From NCBI GenBank assembly GCA_964016885.1, contig OZ024742.1, forward strand, positions 39,122,001 through 39,186,000: a DNA stretch of 64,000 bases. The letters run 5' to 3'. Numbering within the stretch: position 1 is the first letter of the stretch; each line of letters starts with the position of its first letter. Shown here piece by piece: positions 1 to 15,854 of this stretch. A program made the translations under genes and the position numbers. The notes beneath the pieces are model-generated. The model did no database searches and was not told the origin of the DNA. It saw nothing but the letters and a program-made list of their open reading frames with translations. Origin of the DNA: Eledone cirrhosa (lineage: Eukaryota).

Positions 1-322
1 CTAAAGTCATCGACCTGTTGTCAAACTCTCTCTCAGTCAAACGACCAGATTTCAACCCCAACATCTACAACAACAACACCGGCACTAATGTTTACAGCAA
101 CAACAGCTTCAGAATGAATTGAAATGAACATTTACAACAACAGCGGCATCAAACGATAAAAAAAATAACCCGCAAACAAACAAAAAAACTCAAAATAACA
201 AAACACACACACACACGCACACAACACAACAACAACATCAACTGCCACGACGACCACCACCACCACCACGCCATCACCATCACCAACGACCGGGCCTTAA
301 GAAAACAACTTTAATAATAATA

Positions 323-471
323 ATTTTTCTGCTTTTGGCACGGATCCAGCGACTGGTCCAGCGCATTACTGGTACTCTCTTTTGTTGACTCCGTGGGGAT
401 GAAAGGCAAGGTTGACCTCGGCGGGATTTAAGCTCAGAGCGTGGAGAGCCATAGCTCTATGCTGTAAAGCA
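323..471 (-). mobile_element. tRNA-derived SINE (family A), partial and diverged
   Basis: Reverse complement matches the family body (AAATCCCGCCGAGGTCAACCTTGCCTTTCATCC...GTACCAGT) seen in the more intact copy at 18828-19060. Confidence 0.8.
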
Positions 472-742
472 ATTATAATAATACTGGACTGTAATACGAA
501 CGGCTTCAACTATACAAACTCTTGAAAATCAACAGTTGACATAATCTTGTAATCTTGTATCAGTAATGACGGTAATATATATATATGTGTGTGTGTGTGT
601 GTAAGTGAGTAGCGTGTGTGTGTTTGTTTGTATGTATGAGTGTTGCTGTGTGCGCGCGTATGCATGCGTGTGTGCGCGCGCGTATGTATGCGCGTGTGTA
701 TGTCGTACGTAAAAGTGTCAATAAGTGAGTTTTTTTTTTTTT

Positions 743-3700
743 GCGCGGGGACATAAAAATAATCGGGCTGGATGCCCGATCGCGCAGTTAAACCACTGGG
801 ATTGAAGAACCCCTAGCCCTTGTCAGGGCATTCTTCTAGGAGAAGGCATCTCAGGAAACTGGGTTAACTCCGATATAAAACCTGCGGCTCAGTAGTTACC
901 GATGTTGTTGATCTTTTCTTCTTTTCGGTTTATAGCTACTGTCGCTCAGAGAGTGGGATTGGCTCAGTGCACAGTCTTTCCTCACTTTAAAAATATTCAT
1001 CACGCACAGGCATTGCACGAGTGCAATAATAATTATTAATAGTGTACTATTATTATTATTATTATTATTGTTACTATTATTATTACTTTTTTTTTTTTTT
1101 TCCAATTCAATGAAGTTCCAGAACAATATAAAAGAGATAATTGGCAATTTAGGTTCTGGAACAAAAAAGATAATTGGCAATAAGGGCAGGGGCCCAAGGT
1201 TATCACAGCCTGGGCCCGCTCGTCATCGTGCCATTGTAATAGAGCCAAACAAGGCATTTAGTCTTGGCTGCTGGAACGTACGAACGCTGCTTGACAGCGA
1301 TTCCTTGGGGCGTCCTGAACGAAGGACCGCTCTTGTTGCAAAGGAGCTTCGACGTTACGATCTTGACATCGTGGCTTTATCTGAGACGAGGTTAACTGGA
1401 GATGGTCATCTTACAGAATTTTGTGGAGAATATACATTCTTCTGGAAAAGAAGAGATGAAGGAACCAGAAGAGAGGCTGGGGTAGGATTTGCTGTTAAGA
1501 CTGTTCTTGTGAATAAATTAGAAGAATTCCCAGTAGGGATTAGTGAGCGTCTTATGTCCATGAGAATTCCGCTGGACAAACGAAGATATGCGACCCTGGT
1601 GAGTGTGTATGCTCCAACTATGATTTCTGTCGATGAAGAAAAAGTGTCCTTTTACCATGCCTTGAAAGGTGTTTTAAGAAATATCCCTCAAGCAGAGAAA
1701 GTCATCGTGCTTGGTGACTTTAATGCTAGAGTGGGTAGGGATTTTAACACATGGAATGTAATCGGAAGGCATGGGGTGGGAAAGTGTAACAACAATGGTA
1801 TGCTCCTGCTGCAGATGTGTGAGGAGCTGGATCTGTGTGTTACCAACACCATGTTCCAACAAAAGAACAAATTCAAGACCACATGGATGCATCCTGGATC
1901 TAAGGAATGGCATCTTTGGACTACGTCCTAGTCAGGATGCGTAACAGACAGGATGTGTAGTGTGTTCGTGCTCTTCGTGGAGCTGAGTGCTGGACGGACC
2001 ACCGACTGGTACGCGCAAAAGTGAAACTAATCACTAAACGTTAAATCCGGGCTCCTGGTGTTGCCCTGCCCAAAATATTGAATGCTGCTCGTCTTAAGGA
2101 TAAAAATGTGAAGAGGACATTGGAAGAAGAGATGCAGGCTGCAGATCTTGGTGAGGATTGGCCGACCCTTAAAAAGTCGGTTTATGATGTAGGCAGGCGT
2201 GTTCTGGCATTGGTGCAGAGAAAACATGTGGACTGGTTTAATGAGAATGATGTACATATAGAAGACTTGTTGGCTGATAAGAGGCGTTCTCTGTCACGCT
2301 ACTTGACGGCAAAACCACAGGAGACGAATACGTTTCATGAGGAACTCGAGGATGTAAAATCACGTGTTAGGCGGAGTCTTTCTCAGATGAAGGATCAGTG
2401 GTGGAGTGAGAAGGCTGGTGAGATACAAACTGCGTCAGATTCCAATAACACAAAGCTGTTGTACAGTCTCTTGCGTGAGGTTTATGGTGACACCGCTTCG
2501 CAGCAAGGATGGCAAAGAACTTCTTCGTGACTCACAAGGAATTCTACGAAGGTGGCGAGAGCACTTTGATGATCTTTTGAATCAGCCGTCTGTCGTCAGT
2601 GAAGATTTCCTCAATCTCATTCCAGAAAGTCCTGTGAAAGTAGCTCTCGCAGAACCTCCGACGCTTGTGGAGGTTGCAGTGGCTATCTCGAAGCTGAACA
2701 GTGGAAGGTCTCCAGGTATGGATGGGATACATGCTGAGCTCCTACAATATGGTGGTGAGAGACGCCTGCAACATCTTCACTCTTTGTTTGGCAGGATATG
2801 GGCTAATGCATCCGTACCTGAGGACTGGAGAGATGCAGTAATGGTGGTCTTGTACAAGGGAAAGGGTAACAGGAATGATTGTGGGAACTACAGAGGTATA
2901 TCATTGCTTTCTGTCGTAGGGAAAGTTTTATGTAGGGTGCTTCTGGACCGTCTGCTGACACACATTGCAGATTGTGTTCTTCCTGAAAGTCAATCTGGTT
3001 TTCGTGCTGGACGCGGCACTACTGTTATGATCTTCTCAGCTAGACAGCTCCAGGAGAAGTGCATGGAACAAGGCTTGGATCTGTATCAGGTTTTTGTCGA
3101 TCTGACAAAAGCTTTCGATACTGTTAACAGAGATGCATTATGGAAGGTTCTTCAGAAACCTGGTTGCCCTGATAAGTTCCTTGCTTTAGTTAGGTCTTTC
3201 CATGACGACATGAAGGCTTGGGTTAATGTCGGAGGTAACATGTTGGAGCCTATCTCAGTAAAAAATGGAGTGAAACAGGGGGATATTCCAGCACCGACCC
3301 TGTTTGCCATATACTTTGCAATGGTTTTCTGTATTGCATTCAGAAATTGCGAGCATGGTGTTTACATCCGATATCGAACCTCAGGCAGCATATTTAACAT
3401 CAGGCGCTTTGCTGCAAAGACAAAAGTATTTACATCAATCATAAGAGACCTCTTGTATGCAGATGATTGCGATCTTGTAGCGCACACAGAGAGTGATATG
3501 CAGCACATTTTGAATACATTTTCTGACGCTTGCACTGCCCTAGGATTGGCTGTCAGTCTCAAGAAAACCGTCGTCATGTACCAACCTGCCCCTGGTAAGC
3601 AGTACACTGAACCAAATATCTATGTGTATGGTAAACGACTTGGAGTGGTTGATCAGTTTGTCTACCTGGGAAGCACTGTCAATCGATACGGCAACCTTGA

Positions 3701-4369
3701 CAGTGAAATCTCACTTAGGATTAGGAAAGCAAGTTATGCTTTCGGAAAGCTAGAAAGGCGACTCTGGGGTCGGCGAGACATATGCAGGAGGACAAAGGTA
3801 AAGGTGTACAGAGCATATGTGCTCTCTTGTCTTCTTTATGCCTGCGAGACCTGGGTCATATGTCGACACCACCTTAAGCAATTGGAGCGTTTCCATCAGA
3901 TGTGTCTCAGGCGGATCCATGGCGTTCACTGGAGGGACCAAAAAAGAGGTATAAGGATTCCTTGAAAGCCTCTCTGAAAGACCCTAACATCTCTGCTGAT
4001 ACATGGGAAAATATTGCTGCTGATCGTAATAAATGGAGAATGACTGTATATGAGGGAAAAGTTGCCTTTGAGGCATCTAGAATCGCATACGAGAAAGTAA
4101 AGCGGGATGTGAGGAAGGGCATTGCTGTTGCACTTCCAGACGGCGAGGGTCCTCCTATGGTGCTGACATGCAGCGTCTGTGCGAGACTCTGCCTAAGCAA
4201 AGCTGGACTCGAAAGTCATCTTCGCAGTCATAAAGTAAGACCAGTGGTTGACTACCAGGCTGCTGTTGGAGATGTTACTCATCATGCTTGCCAAACATGT
4301 GGTAGAGAATGTAAATCAGCAGGAGGGCTCAAGCGACATGCAAAAGTACACGAACTCCAACCACAGCCG
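743..4369 (+). mobile_element. RTE-clade LINE, near full length, inactivated
   Basis: 5' UTR with an RTE-type CTAGGAGAAGG...AACTC motif; APE endonuclease, RT and C2H2 fingers in order; ends in (TATG)n. Confidence 0.93.
1110..4369 (+). pseudogene. RTE ORF (AP endonuclease + reverse transcriptase + 2 C2H2 zinc fingers), frameshifted
   Basis: EN motifs WNVRTL, ALSETR, SVYAPT, LGDFNARVG, TWMHP; RT motifs NYRGISLL, FVDLTKAFD, GVKQG, LLYADD, FVYLGS; fingers CSVC..HLRSH and CQTC..HAKVH (4169-4351); split over 4 ORFs. Confidence 0.92.
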
Positions 4370-4390
4370 TATGTATGTATGTATGTATGT

Positions 4391-4697
4391 ATATTTTCTC
4401 TTTCTCTTAATTTCGAGTATATTTTTTTTGACCGGCCACCTTCCTGGTGGCAAGGTTGTAAAAGAAAAGAAATCGTCATCCCTTGAATCGCAAGAATGTT
4501 TTGCAAATTTTGAAGGTGCCAGCTATCGCAGCCATTTGTAGACTATGAATTAGGGAGCTGCGCTTTTTGTCCGCAAATCCAAGTTCAGTCATACTTTGGT
4601 CCAAGCGGGTTGGTATATAACCCGTAGCTCCAATAATGATGGGTATGAAGCTAAAGATGTATCTTGGATACTGGATTTGTAAACTCCTCATATGTCT
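4391..4697 (-). mobile_element. R4/Dong-like (RLE) LINE, 3' fragment
   Basis: MRSLQIQYPRYIFSFIPIIIGATG...AAIAGTFKICKTF is homologous to the C-terminus of the element at 32277-34793 (MRNLQILHPDYTFRFMPVIIGAL...NGTVKICKTF); (TATG)n on both sides. Confidence 0.85.
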
Positions 4698-6627
<1,930 letters not shown>

Positions 6628-6985
6628 CATGGTGGCTGCCAACTCGTTTTCGAGTACGGCCACTACTTTATATCTATGTAGGAGAACCCCTACCGATGCG
6701 CTGAACGAGTGTGACTTTTTAGTCCAGCCAGCGACTTGAAAACTCTGGTACAAACACTACACATGTGACAATTATTGACACATAGTGCTAGGCTCATGGT
6801 ACCATGTGACGACAAGTGCAGAGAGATCTCCAGATATAAAGCAATGCCTGTGCCGTGAAGCTTTTATAGTGAGCAAAGGCACTGCACAAAGCCAGTCCCA
6901 CTCTCTTAACCAAGATGATATTTACCAAAAAGAAGAACAAGTCAACATCATTGGATATCATCAGGGTTGCAGGTGTTATAAACAG
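6628..6985 (-). mobile_element. Non-autonomous RTE-related element (family N1)
   Basis: Near-identical reverse complement of 15855-16263 and 31783-32195. Confidence 0.85.
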
Positions 6986-7227
6986 AGTTAATATGTATTT
7001 ATCATAATTCGAAAGAATTGTTAATCATATCATCAGGCGGGTGTGCAAATGGGATTTAGCGAAAACTCTCGTCGGAAAACATGAAAAAGTCAAAACAAGT
7101 TCAACGAATAGAAGTATGAGAGAGAGGTACGGAAAAATTTCTTTTCATATCAGAGTTATCCCCTCTGTTTCATTTCTACCTCTTCACGTTGTTTTACATA
7201 CTTTAACACAAGTTTCGCTAAATCTTC

Positions 7228-7471
7228 AGTATTTTGTCATGTCACCAGGGCCCAAACTTTGACTACCCATATCCTTGAGGGACGAACACAGTTGAAAAGG
7301 GCCAGGTGACGGCAGAAAAGGAAGCGGACAGATGATATTAAGGAATGGATAGGAAAGAGTTTGGTGGAATGTATGGCAATGGCAAGAGACAGGAAAAGAT
7401 GGAGAGTGCTGGTCCATAAGTCCATGTCCACCGACCCTCAGATATGACGATGGGATTAAAAGAAGAAGAAA
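7228..7471 (+). mobile_element. RTE-type LINE 3' fragment
   Basis: Translates YFCHVTR...ILEGR...RKRTDDIKEWIG...ARDRKRWR, a typical RTE C-terminus; (AAG)n tail. Confidence 0.75.
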
Positions 7472-7796
7472 TCTTTTCAACCAATTGTTTACATATTCGC
7501 CTTATGATATAACTAACAAACATGGCTTGTACTTATACAGGGATGTTAGCAAACGAAACCATTAGTAGCAATGTATTATTTTGTGAACGATGCATAATAC
7601 ACTCACATTCATTCATATATGTATACATATGTGCATATGTATACATATGTGTATATGTATATATATATGTATACATGCAAACACGCATGTATAGATGGCG
7701 AAATGAACAGACCTATTTCTCGAAGACATTTATTTTCCTTTCTACCCTTGATCACTCCCCTCTATATTTCTGTTTCATCTTTCATTTCTTATTCTA

Positions 7797-7832
7797 TTTT
7801 CTGAAGAAGGACTAGTGTCCAAAACGTTAAGA
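7797..7832 (+). ncRNA. Degenerate minimal hammerhead ribozyme motif in a Penelope-like LTR remnant
   Basis: TTTT-CTGAAGA-A-GGAC(TAGT)GTCC-AAAA-CG-TT-AAGA; GAAA is mutated to AAAA. Confidence 0.5.
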
Positions 7833-7914
7833 CATTTCCTACTATATTAAGCGTGAAACTAATATATATCTTCATTGTACTTCATCGTCTGTTGTCTTTT
7901 TTCGTTATACTTTT

Positions 7915-7979
<65 letters not shown>

Positions 7980-8139
7980 ATGTATGTGTGTATATATGTG
8001 TGTATGTATGTGTGTGACAAATATATTGATAGATAAATAGATACATGGATATATTTGGTGCGAGGCATACACAAGATCACGCACGCGTAATCAAACACGG
8101 GGTCACACACACATACTTATACATATGTATATGCATATA

Positions 8140-8223
<84 letters not shown>

Positions 8224-8484
8224 GGTATGAGTGTGGGTGTAAGTGTGTGTGTGTTTTGTTAGAACTCCAAAAACACAGCGTTATAGAAAGGCGGATCGTA
8301 TTCTATTCTATAATATAAACAAAATCCGTCTTCTTTTAAAACAGGAAATCTCTAAGAAAGGCCTTTATACCAAATTCTTGCGTGTATTTATTCCTTGATT
8401 TGCCCAATGAAATGTCAAGTAAGTATTAATTTCTACAAGCAAGATTCTTTATTTTGACTTTTGGAAATTTTTTGCACCATTCCC

Positions 8485-9153
<669 letters not shown>

Positions 9154-9524
9154 TTTCCTTCCCTTAGATCAACAAAGAAAGGACTATATTCCTGCTATGA
9201 GAGCAGCACGATTAACTTCTCAAGTTGCACTCATCAGAAATTCATATACATTATGAAGTAAACACATTTCGGCTGTAATGGCTTCTATATTTCTCTGTTT
9301 AAATCCATCACACAGTTTATTTCAATCAAATGTCCTCTCTATTTCAGAGATGTTGTTGTTATTGTTGTTGATACTTCATTTTTTTATTTTTATTTTATAT
9401 TATTTTATTTTTCTTCCACGTTTACACATATATTTTTTTGTTTTAAAAATCTCAAGATAAAAGGGAATATGGCTTGCTGCTTTGATATATTTCAATACCA
9501 TATCTTGGAGAGGCAGTTTAATAA

Positions 9525-9742
9525 TGATTTCTTATATAGGCACAAGGCCAGCAATTTTGGGGGGAGGGGAAAGTCGATTAAATCGACCCCTGAGCGTTAC
9601 TGGTACTTTATTTTATCGACTCCGTAAAGATGAAAGGTAAAGCTAACCACGGCGGGATTTGAACTCAGAATGTAAAGGGTCATAACTCTATGCTACAAAG
9701 CATGGTGTCTGATGCTCTACCTATGCTGCTAATCCATCACCC
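9525..9742 (-). mobile_element. tRNA-derived SINE (family A), full length
   Basis: B box GAGTTCAAATCC on the minus strand, conserved body and GGCCTTGTGCC..AGAAA tail. Confidence 0.88.
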
Positions 9743-9797
<55 letters not shown>

Positions 9798-10037
9798 TTT
9801 TCTTTATTAACCACAAGGGTTTACATAAAGTAAACATTAAGGACAGTACAGGACAATACAGGACGGTAGAAATGGGCATTTCTGCGTGTAAAAAACAGAG
9901 GATGTAATAAAATAACAAAGAAAAATTCCCAATAGGGGGGATACTTCCGAGGGACATTTGTGGAGAAAGCCCATTAAAAGACCACAGTGACCCTGACCAC
10001 CAGGGCAAGTATCCTCTCCCAGTTTTCCACCTTTAAT

Positions 10038-13000
10038 TTACAGACACATACTCAGAGAAGGCCCATTCATTCGGGCCATACTTGCTTCTCTCACCCATCT
10101 TTCAACAAAATGCTGGGAAGAGAGCACTTCCCTCTCTACCCTGATTTTCCTTTTCAAATGAAATTTGAAAAAGTTAATCAGGGCATCACCGAAGAGGTAA
10201 GTGCTCGTCTTCAGCCCTTTCAAACGTGTCCACCATACTATCTCTTTTGCCAGGGCCACCAGACAGATAAAAACTGCCTGCCCTTCCCGGCTAAAGGAAG
10301 AGGGCGGGGCAATCCTCACGATGGACTCAGCTGATAGCTGGATCCGTCCTACACGTGACAGCAGGTGTTCGACATAAACCCACAAGTCAGCAATGCTCGG
10401 ACATTGGACGAGTGCGTGCAGGACGGTTTCGTCGCCCTGTGCGCATCTCGGACATGCCTGGCTGACGGCACCTCCATGCCTGTAGAGTTTATCCCGAACT
10501 GGCAAAGCACCCCGGTAGCACTGCCAGGCCAGGGATTTCTGGAAGTTGTCCATAGGCCCCGGCCCGAAAGTCCTTCCGAAGAGATTGGCTAGTTGATTTT
10601 CGTCGACGCCTAGAGTTTCTCCAAGTACGTCGTCGCTCTTACCCTCCACTAATCCCCTATAGAACGCCAAGGTGGAGTTTCCACCGATCAGATTGCCCGA
10701 TTGGACGAGGGCTGTGAGCGCCTGAAGACATTCCAGTCTCCAAGCGCTCCCTCTCGGTCTTCGCTTGACCCAGGACTGCAGCTCCGTCAAGGAGACGAGT
10801 TGGGGAAAAACGTGTCTAGCAAACGGCGACCACACCTGCTTACCGTCGAGGAAGAGGTGGAGATGTCGTAACCTGAGCGCGTGTCTGCGCATCACCAGCC
10901 ACAGCATGCCCAGCCCTCCACGTAGCGGGTGTTGACAGCAGATGGACCGCCTGACCATCGGATCGCGTCCCTTCCACAAGAAGCGAAAGAGCAAACGCTC
11001 CAGCGTAGTCAAGCGGGGCTTAGGACAAGGTACGACGGTCAGGCGGTAGTAGATGACGGACGCGATGTACGCGTTAGCCACCTCCGCTCGACCTTTCAGG
11101 GATAGCTTCCTCTCGGCCCATTTCTGGGTGAGAGAGGCCACCCTGCTATTCACCTCGTCCCAGTTTTTGTCCGTCTGGAGGTCTGGACCGAACCAGACCC
11201 CTGGCAATTTAACCGGTCCGTCCGTCCAGCGCCCGACGACGCTGTTGGACGGCATGGACCTGCCTCTCCAGGTGCCGAGCTGCAGGCCCACTGACTTTTC
11301 CTGGTTGATCATTGCTCCTGTCACCGCTTCGTATTCTCTTAGTGTAGTGCCGATTGCATGAGGTGGAGGTTGTCGTGGATGGATCTGTCGGGAATGGCGC
11401 ATGTCTGCGCCTCTCCCACCAGACCATCAACGACAAGCGCCAACCTCATTGCTAGCACCTTGGCCAAAATCTTGAACTCTGTGTTTAGCAGAGTTATGGG
11501 CCTAAAATTATCTATGTTATCCCCCTTGTTCGGATCCTTTCTCAGCAGCGCCACCGCTCCTCGGCTCACAGAGCTGGGAATTCTCCCGTTCTGTTGCCAG
11601 TTGCAGTAGACGTCCGCCAAGAGGCCTCCTAACAAGTCTGGCATTTGTACGTAAAGTTCATAGGGCAGACCATCCAAACCAGGCGATTTACCTCTTGTGC
11701 AGCCAGTCATTGCCTCCCGTACTTCAGCGGTTGTTATCGGCTTTTCGCAACACTCCGCCTCAGTGGCCGAGAGCCGCGGCAGTCCGTCGAGGTAGACACT
11801 AAAGTCCATCCCCCGATCCGGCCCGCCACTGCCCCCGAACACTTGAGCGAAGTGTCGCTGAAAAGCTTCACACATTTTCCCGGGATCGAGTAGCATGCGC
11901 CCGTCGTGGTCCACCAAAGACCGGATCGTGGCTTTGTTGCCACGACGCGCCTCCGCCACTCGGGCCCATTGAACGGCTTTCGTCCCCTCGTGTCTGAGAG
12001 CACGCGCCCTAGCTCTGACAACGCAGCCTTCGTGCTTTGCATTGAAGAATTGGTCAAGGGCCAATTTCGCCGCAAGTACATCGGTCGCGATGCTTTTGCA
12101 AAGCGCCTCGTCTAATTTTCTAACTAATTCTCCCTCTGCTCTATTTTTCTCTATTGCTAAAGCCTTACTAAACCTAATGGACTCTATTCTAATTGCTCTT
12201 TTCAGAGCAAACCACCACTTGTTGTTGACGATGGCCCCCGTCAACGCCCGCTTAACTAGTTCGCTAATCCGGTCTCTGTAGGCCTTGCGCGCTGGTAACG
12301 ACGCGTTTAGCTTCCAGTAGCCGGGTCCTCGTCTATGAAGCCTATCTAAGTCAAGCACACAGATCACGAATTTGTGGTCCGTGTAGCTGACTATCTTGAA
12401 TTGTGGACAGCCTATGCTAGACCTATCTATTTCCCTACAAAATACTCTATCTAGATATGATCTGGATGACCCTATGCGGTTTGTCCAAGTCCACATTGGT
12501 ACATTCTGGAAATCCAATCGGTACCTGTCAGACAGTTCAAAACGCCTGAGCAGGTTGGTGAGACTCTTGCACCCTCCTCCCCTATCCACTAATCCCACAC
12601 AATCCCAGCGTGCATCTAAGATCCCGTTCCAGTCGCCCACTAACACTAAAGAGCGGGACGTTCCAAGAAAGGTCTCCAGACGCCGGAAGAAATCAGGCCG
12701 CCCTGCTCCTGTCGGGTCATAGACGGCCACTAACCTGAAAGCTTGCCCGTCTCCGCTGGTCACGTCCAGTACCACCAACTTACCTTCTGGGTCCAGGAAG
12801 ATGGCCCGTATGGCAAGATCAAAACCTCTCCGAAAAAGCACAGCAACTCCTACCCCCGATCCCGGACGGCTGGGAGATGCGTACACATCGTAGCCGCCGA
12901 AGATCGGTGCGAAGGCCCGTGCTTCGGAGATTCTGGTCTCGCTGATGGCCACTACATCTATGTTTAGTGACCTGAGGTCGTTGAGCAGGTGGCCCTGCTT

Positions 13001-13054
13001 CCATGACGACCCCAAGCCACGCGCATTTATGCTGCCTATTCTGAGTGAGGTCAT
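10038..13054 (-). pseudogene. Tx1-like ORF2 (AP endonuclease, partial RT, C-terminal CCHC)
   Basis: SINARGL, ISETR, GDWN, SYLDRVF, TDH, GPGYWKLN, KSPGLDGLPYE, NFRPITLLN, CPRC...HALVQC; RT core missing at about 11357. Confidence 0.92.
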
Positions 13055-13088
13055 GTTGAAAAGGAGTGGAAAAGATGGGAAAGACCAC

Positions 13089-15058
13089 TTACCTTACTTC
13101 TCGTAGGGGAAGGACGGTTTTTCCATCCTTTTCACTGCTTGTGGCCTCCTCAGGAAGGATGTCCTTATAAATCCTCCTGGAGAGTGCTTGTCGGAAGTCT
13201 CCGATATCTTTGGGGAATTTTTGTTTTAGTGTCATGTACGTTTTCTGTGTGATGCGAGTGATTTGTATGTGTGGAGATGGTGTGAATTTTTGGGTTGTTG
13301 TGTAGTCTTTTTCTGTGATGCTGGTGTTGTGTTGGATGTAGTGTAATAATTGGTTGTTGTTCAAATTTAATGCTGTGTAGTGTGTATCGTTTTGGTTGTT
13401 TTGTTTTGTTTGCGTTTGTTGTGGGTTTGTTTCTGTTTCGCATTTTGGTGACTTTTGTGGTGTAGGTGATGGTGGTGTTGGGGTTAATGATGGTGATGGT
13501 GTTGGTGTTTGGGGTGATGGGGTTGGTGATGCTGGTGTGGATGGTGGCATATCTGTCCTAACTTTTTTGTTTGTTAATTTATTTGTTTCCCTCTGTATTT
13601 TGTTTTTGGAGGGGGAAGGAAGAGAATTTTTTCTTTTTTGGTTTCTTTTTTTTTTCCTGATACCGTTTCCCACTCCTCGTCGTCACAATCTGTCTCCAGT
13701 TGTGATAGGCCGGGGAGTGGAAAATCCTCCACAGGCGTTAGTTTTGGTTGTGGCGTGGTGGATGGTGTAGGCGCTGGTGATAGTTCTGAAGCGTTGGGTG
13801 GTGGTGGTGTTGGTTTTGCTGGTGGTGGTGGTGGTGTTGGTTTTGCTACTGTTGCTGGGGTTGTTGCTGTTATAGTTGCTTCTGTTGTTGCTGCTACAGT
13901 TGTTGCTGCCATCTCTGCTACTGGTGGTGTTGAGGGTTGAGTCACTGGGGTGGGTAGGAGAGGTGGCCTCAACCTTTTAGCCTGAGGGCAGAAAGCCCTT
14001 AGGTGGGTTCCTTCACCACAAACGACACACCCAGGCCTTCTGCCCTCGACAATTACCTCTGGGATCTCCTCAATGCTTTTTTGGTCCACTTGGATCAGGA
14101 GCTCCATCCCAGATCCGGACCAGTTCTCCTGCTTTTCTTTTGCTATTGCTATTATCTTTGTGTTGGCTTCGATGCCGGCGAGGACGGCCGCTATTAGCCA
14201 GGTAATTTCGATGGCCGGTGGAACGTGGGTCACCCTGATCTTTACGAGTCTCTGGCCACAATAGCTTGGGACGAGTGTGAAGTCGTCACTTCTTAATGGG
14301 GCCATGGAGTGTTCTCTAGCCTTCTCTGGTGTTTCAAAGAACACGTCCACGGTTCCATACTTCTGCCCACGTCTGATGTGGGTTTTTCTTGCCCACACAT
14401 GTCCCAAAGCTTTTTGGATTTGGGACTCGGATGCCCGTTCCATTCGGCGCGATTTTACATTAATTGTTCGATACGACACGGTGCATAGGCGCCGATGCTA
14501 CATTTTATTAGGTGGAGGGAGGGGGGGCTTACCCTGTACCCATCTTTCTTTACCATTTTTTTTTGCCTTTTCTAATTCCTCCTGAGTTACCGTAAATGCT
14601 TCGCACTGTTTTGCTACTCTGGCAAAACTCAGGGTGGTTTTTTTAATGTCATTGTTGTTGTTGTTGTTGTTATCGTTATTTTTGTTATTATTAATTTTAG
14701 TTTCAGTTTTGGTGGTAGTGACGTCAGTCGTGTTCGGTGTGGAAGTGGAAAGGTCCATTTTGGTTGAAATTATTTCGACATCACGAGTTGATTTATTTTT
14801 TCCTTTTGTTTCTGTTGTCGCGGTGGTGGTGGGGGTGGTGGTTGTCGCGGTGGTCGTGGTGGTGGAGGCTTTAACACCTGCAGTCATTGGTAATGGCGGG
14901 AAATGAATGTCTGCCTGAGACAAATTAAAAATATTGCTACTGCTTATATTTTTTTTAGTGTTGGCAAACGTCGTAACATTTACAATGGTGGTGTCAGTGT
15001 AAGGTGTTAATTTGTGAGGAAGGCGTTCAGCTGCTTCGTGCAGAGGGGAATTAGCCAT
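13089..15058 (-). pseudogene. Tx1-like ORF1 (gag-like, CCHC knuckle, T/P-rich linkers), frameshifted
   Basis: Three adjacent or overlapping ORFs (14498-15058, 13574-14479, 13089-13673); SFARVAK motif; CVVCGEGTHLRAFC = CX2CX4HX4C. Confidence 0.8.
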
Positions 15059-15317
15059 TTTTTTTTCAAAGAAATTTTTTGATAATCATAAAAATTTAAA
15101 TTTTGGGCACAAGGCCCCAATCTTTTTGGGTGTCCTTTTCGGAAAACAATGTATGTGCGCTTATATATAGTTAACAATAAAATTTTTCCATAAATGGCAA
15201 TTTTTAACAAACGGAAATAACAAACCTTTGCGGAGCTCACGATGATAGGATTTACTACGTAGGTCGCCAATAATAATAATAATAATAATACACTCACACT
15301 CACACACACATATTTAT

Positions 15318-15362
<45 letters not shown>

Positions 15363-15432
15363 CTTGATTACTGGAAAATTTGGAATTTGAAATTTGAATA
15401 TATAGTCGCCACAATGCAGATAACTATAATAA

Positions 15433-15607
15433 TTGTTTCTACTTTTGGCACAAGGCCAGCAATTCCGCAGTACATTACTGGTACTTTATTTTATCGACCC
15501 CGTAAGGATGAAAGGCAAAGTTAACCTCGGCGGGATTTGAACTCAGAATGGCAAGGGCCGTAACTCTATGCGTCAAAGCATGGCGTCCGACCCTCTACCG
15601 ATACTAA
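15433..15607 (-). mobile_element. tRNA-derived SINE (family A)
   Basis: B box and body match the other copies. Confidence 0.88.
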
Positions 15608-15854
15608 CAATAGTAGATAACTCTATGATAGTTGTTTACTCTTCTAACAGACGCTTAAATCATTTGGCCACCTGTGGACATTTCGCATAGTAGTTAAGCA
15701 TGCTCACCCAACATATGAGAGCGATTGAGTCAGGTTCAATTCCCCGCAGACCTTCTATCCACTTTTCTTGCCTCACTTGAGGCCCTTAACTTCTTATTCA
15801 GTTGAATATAGTTATTGACTATTATAGGCATTGGCTATATATATGTGTGTATAG

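Larger units (their letters stand above)
9797..15267 (-). mobile_element. Tx1/L1-clade LINE, full length with an internal RT deletion, embedded in (TTA)n
   Basis: ORF1 with zinc knuckle; ORF2 with EN, RT and CCHC; AATAAA near the 3' end; (TAA)n at 9743-9796 and 15268-15290. Confidence 0.92.

Noticed and set aside
1-300. Thr/Asn-rich stretch resembling the Tx1 ORF1 N-terminus
   Set aside because: Low-complexity CAA/CAC sequence with stops; similarity is only compositional
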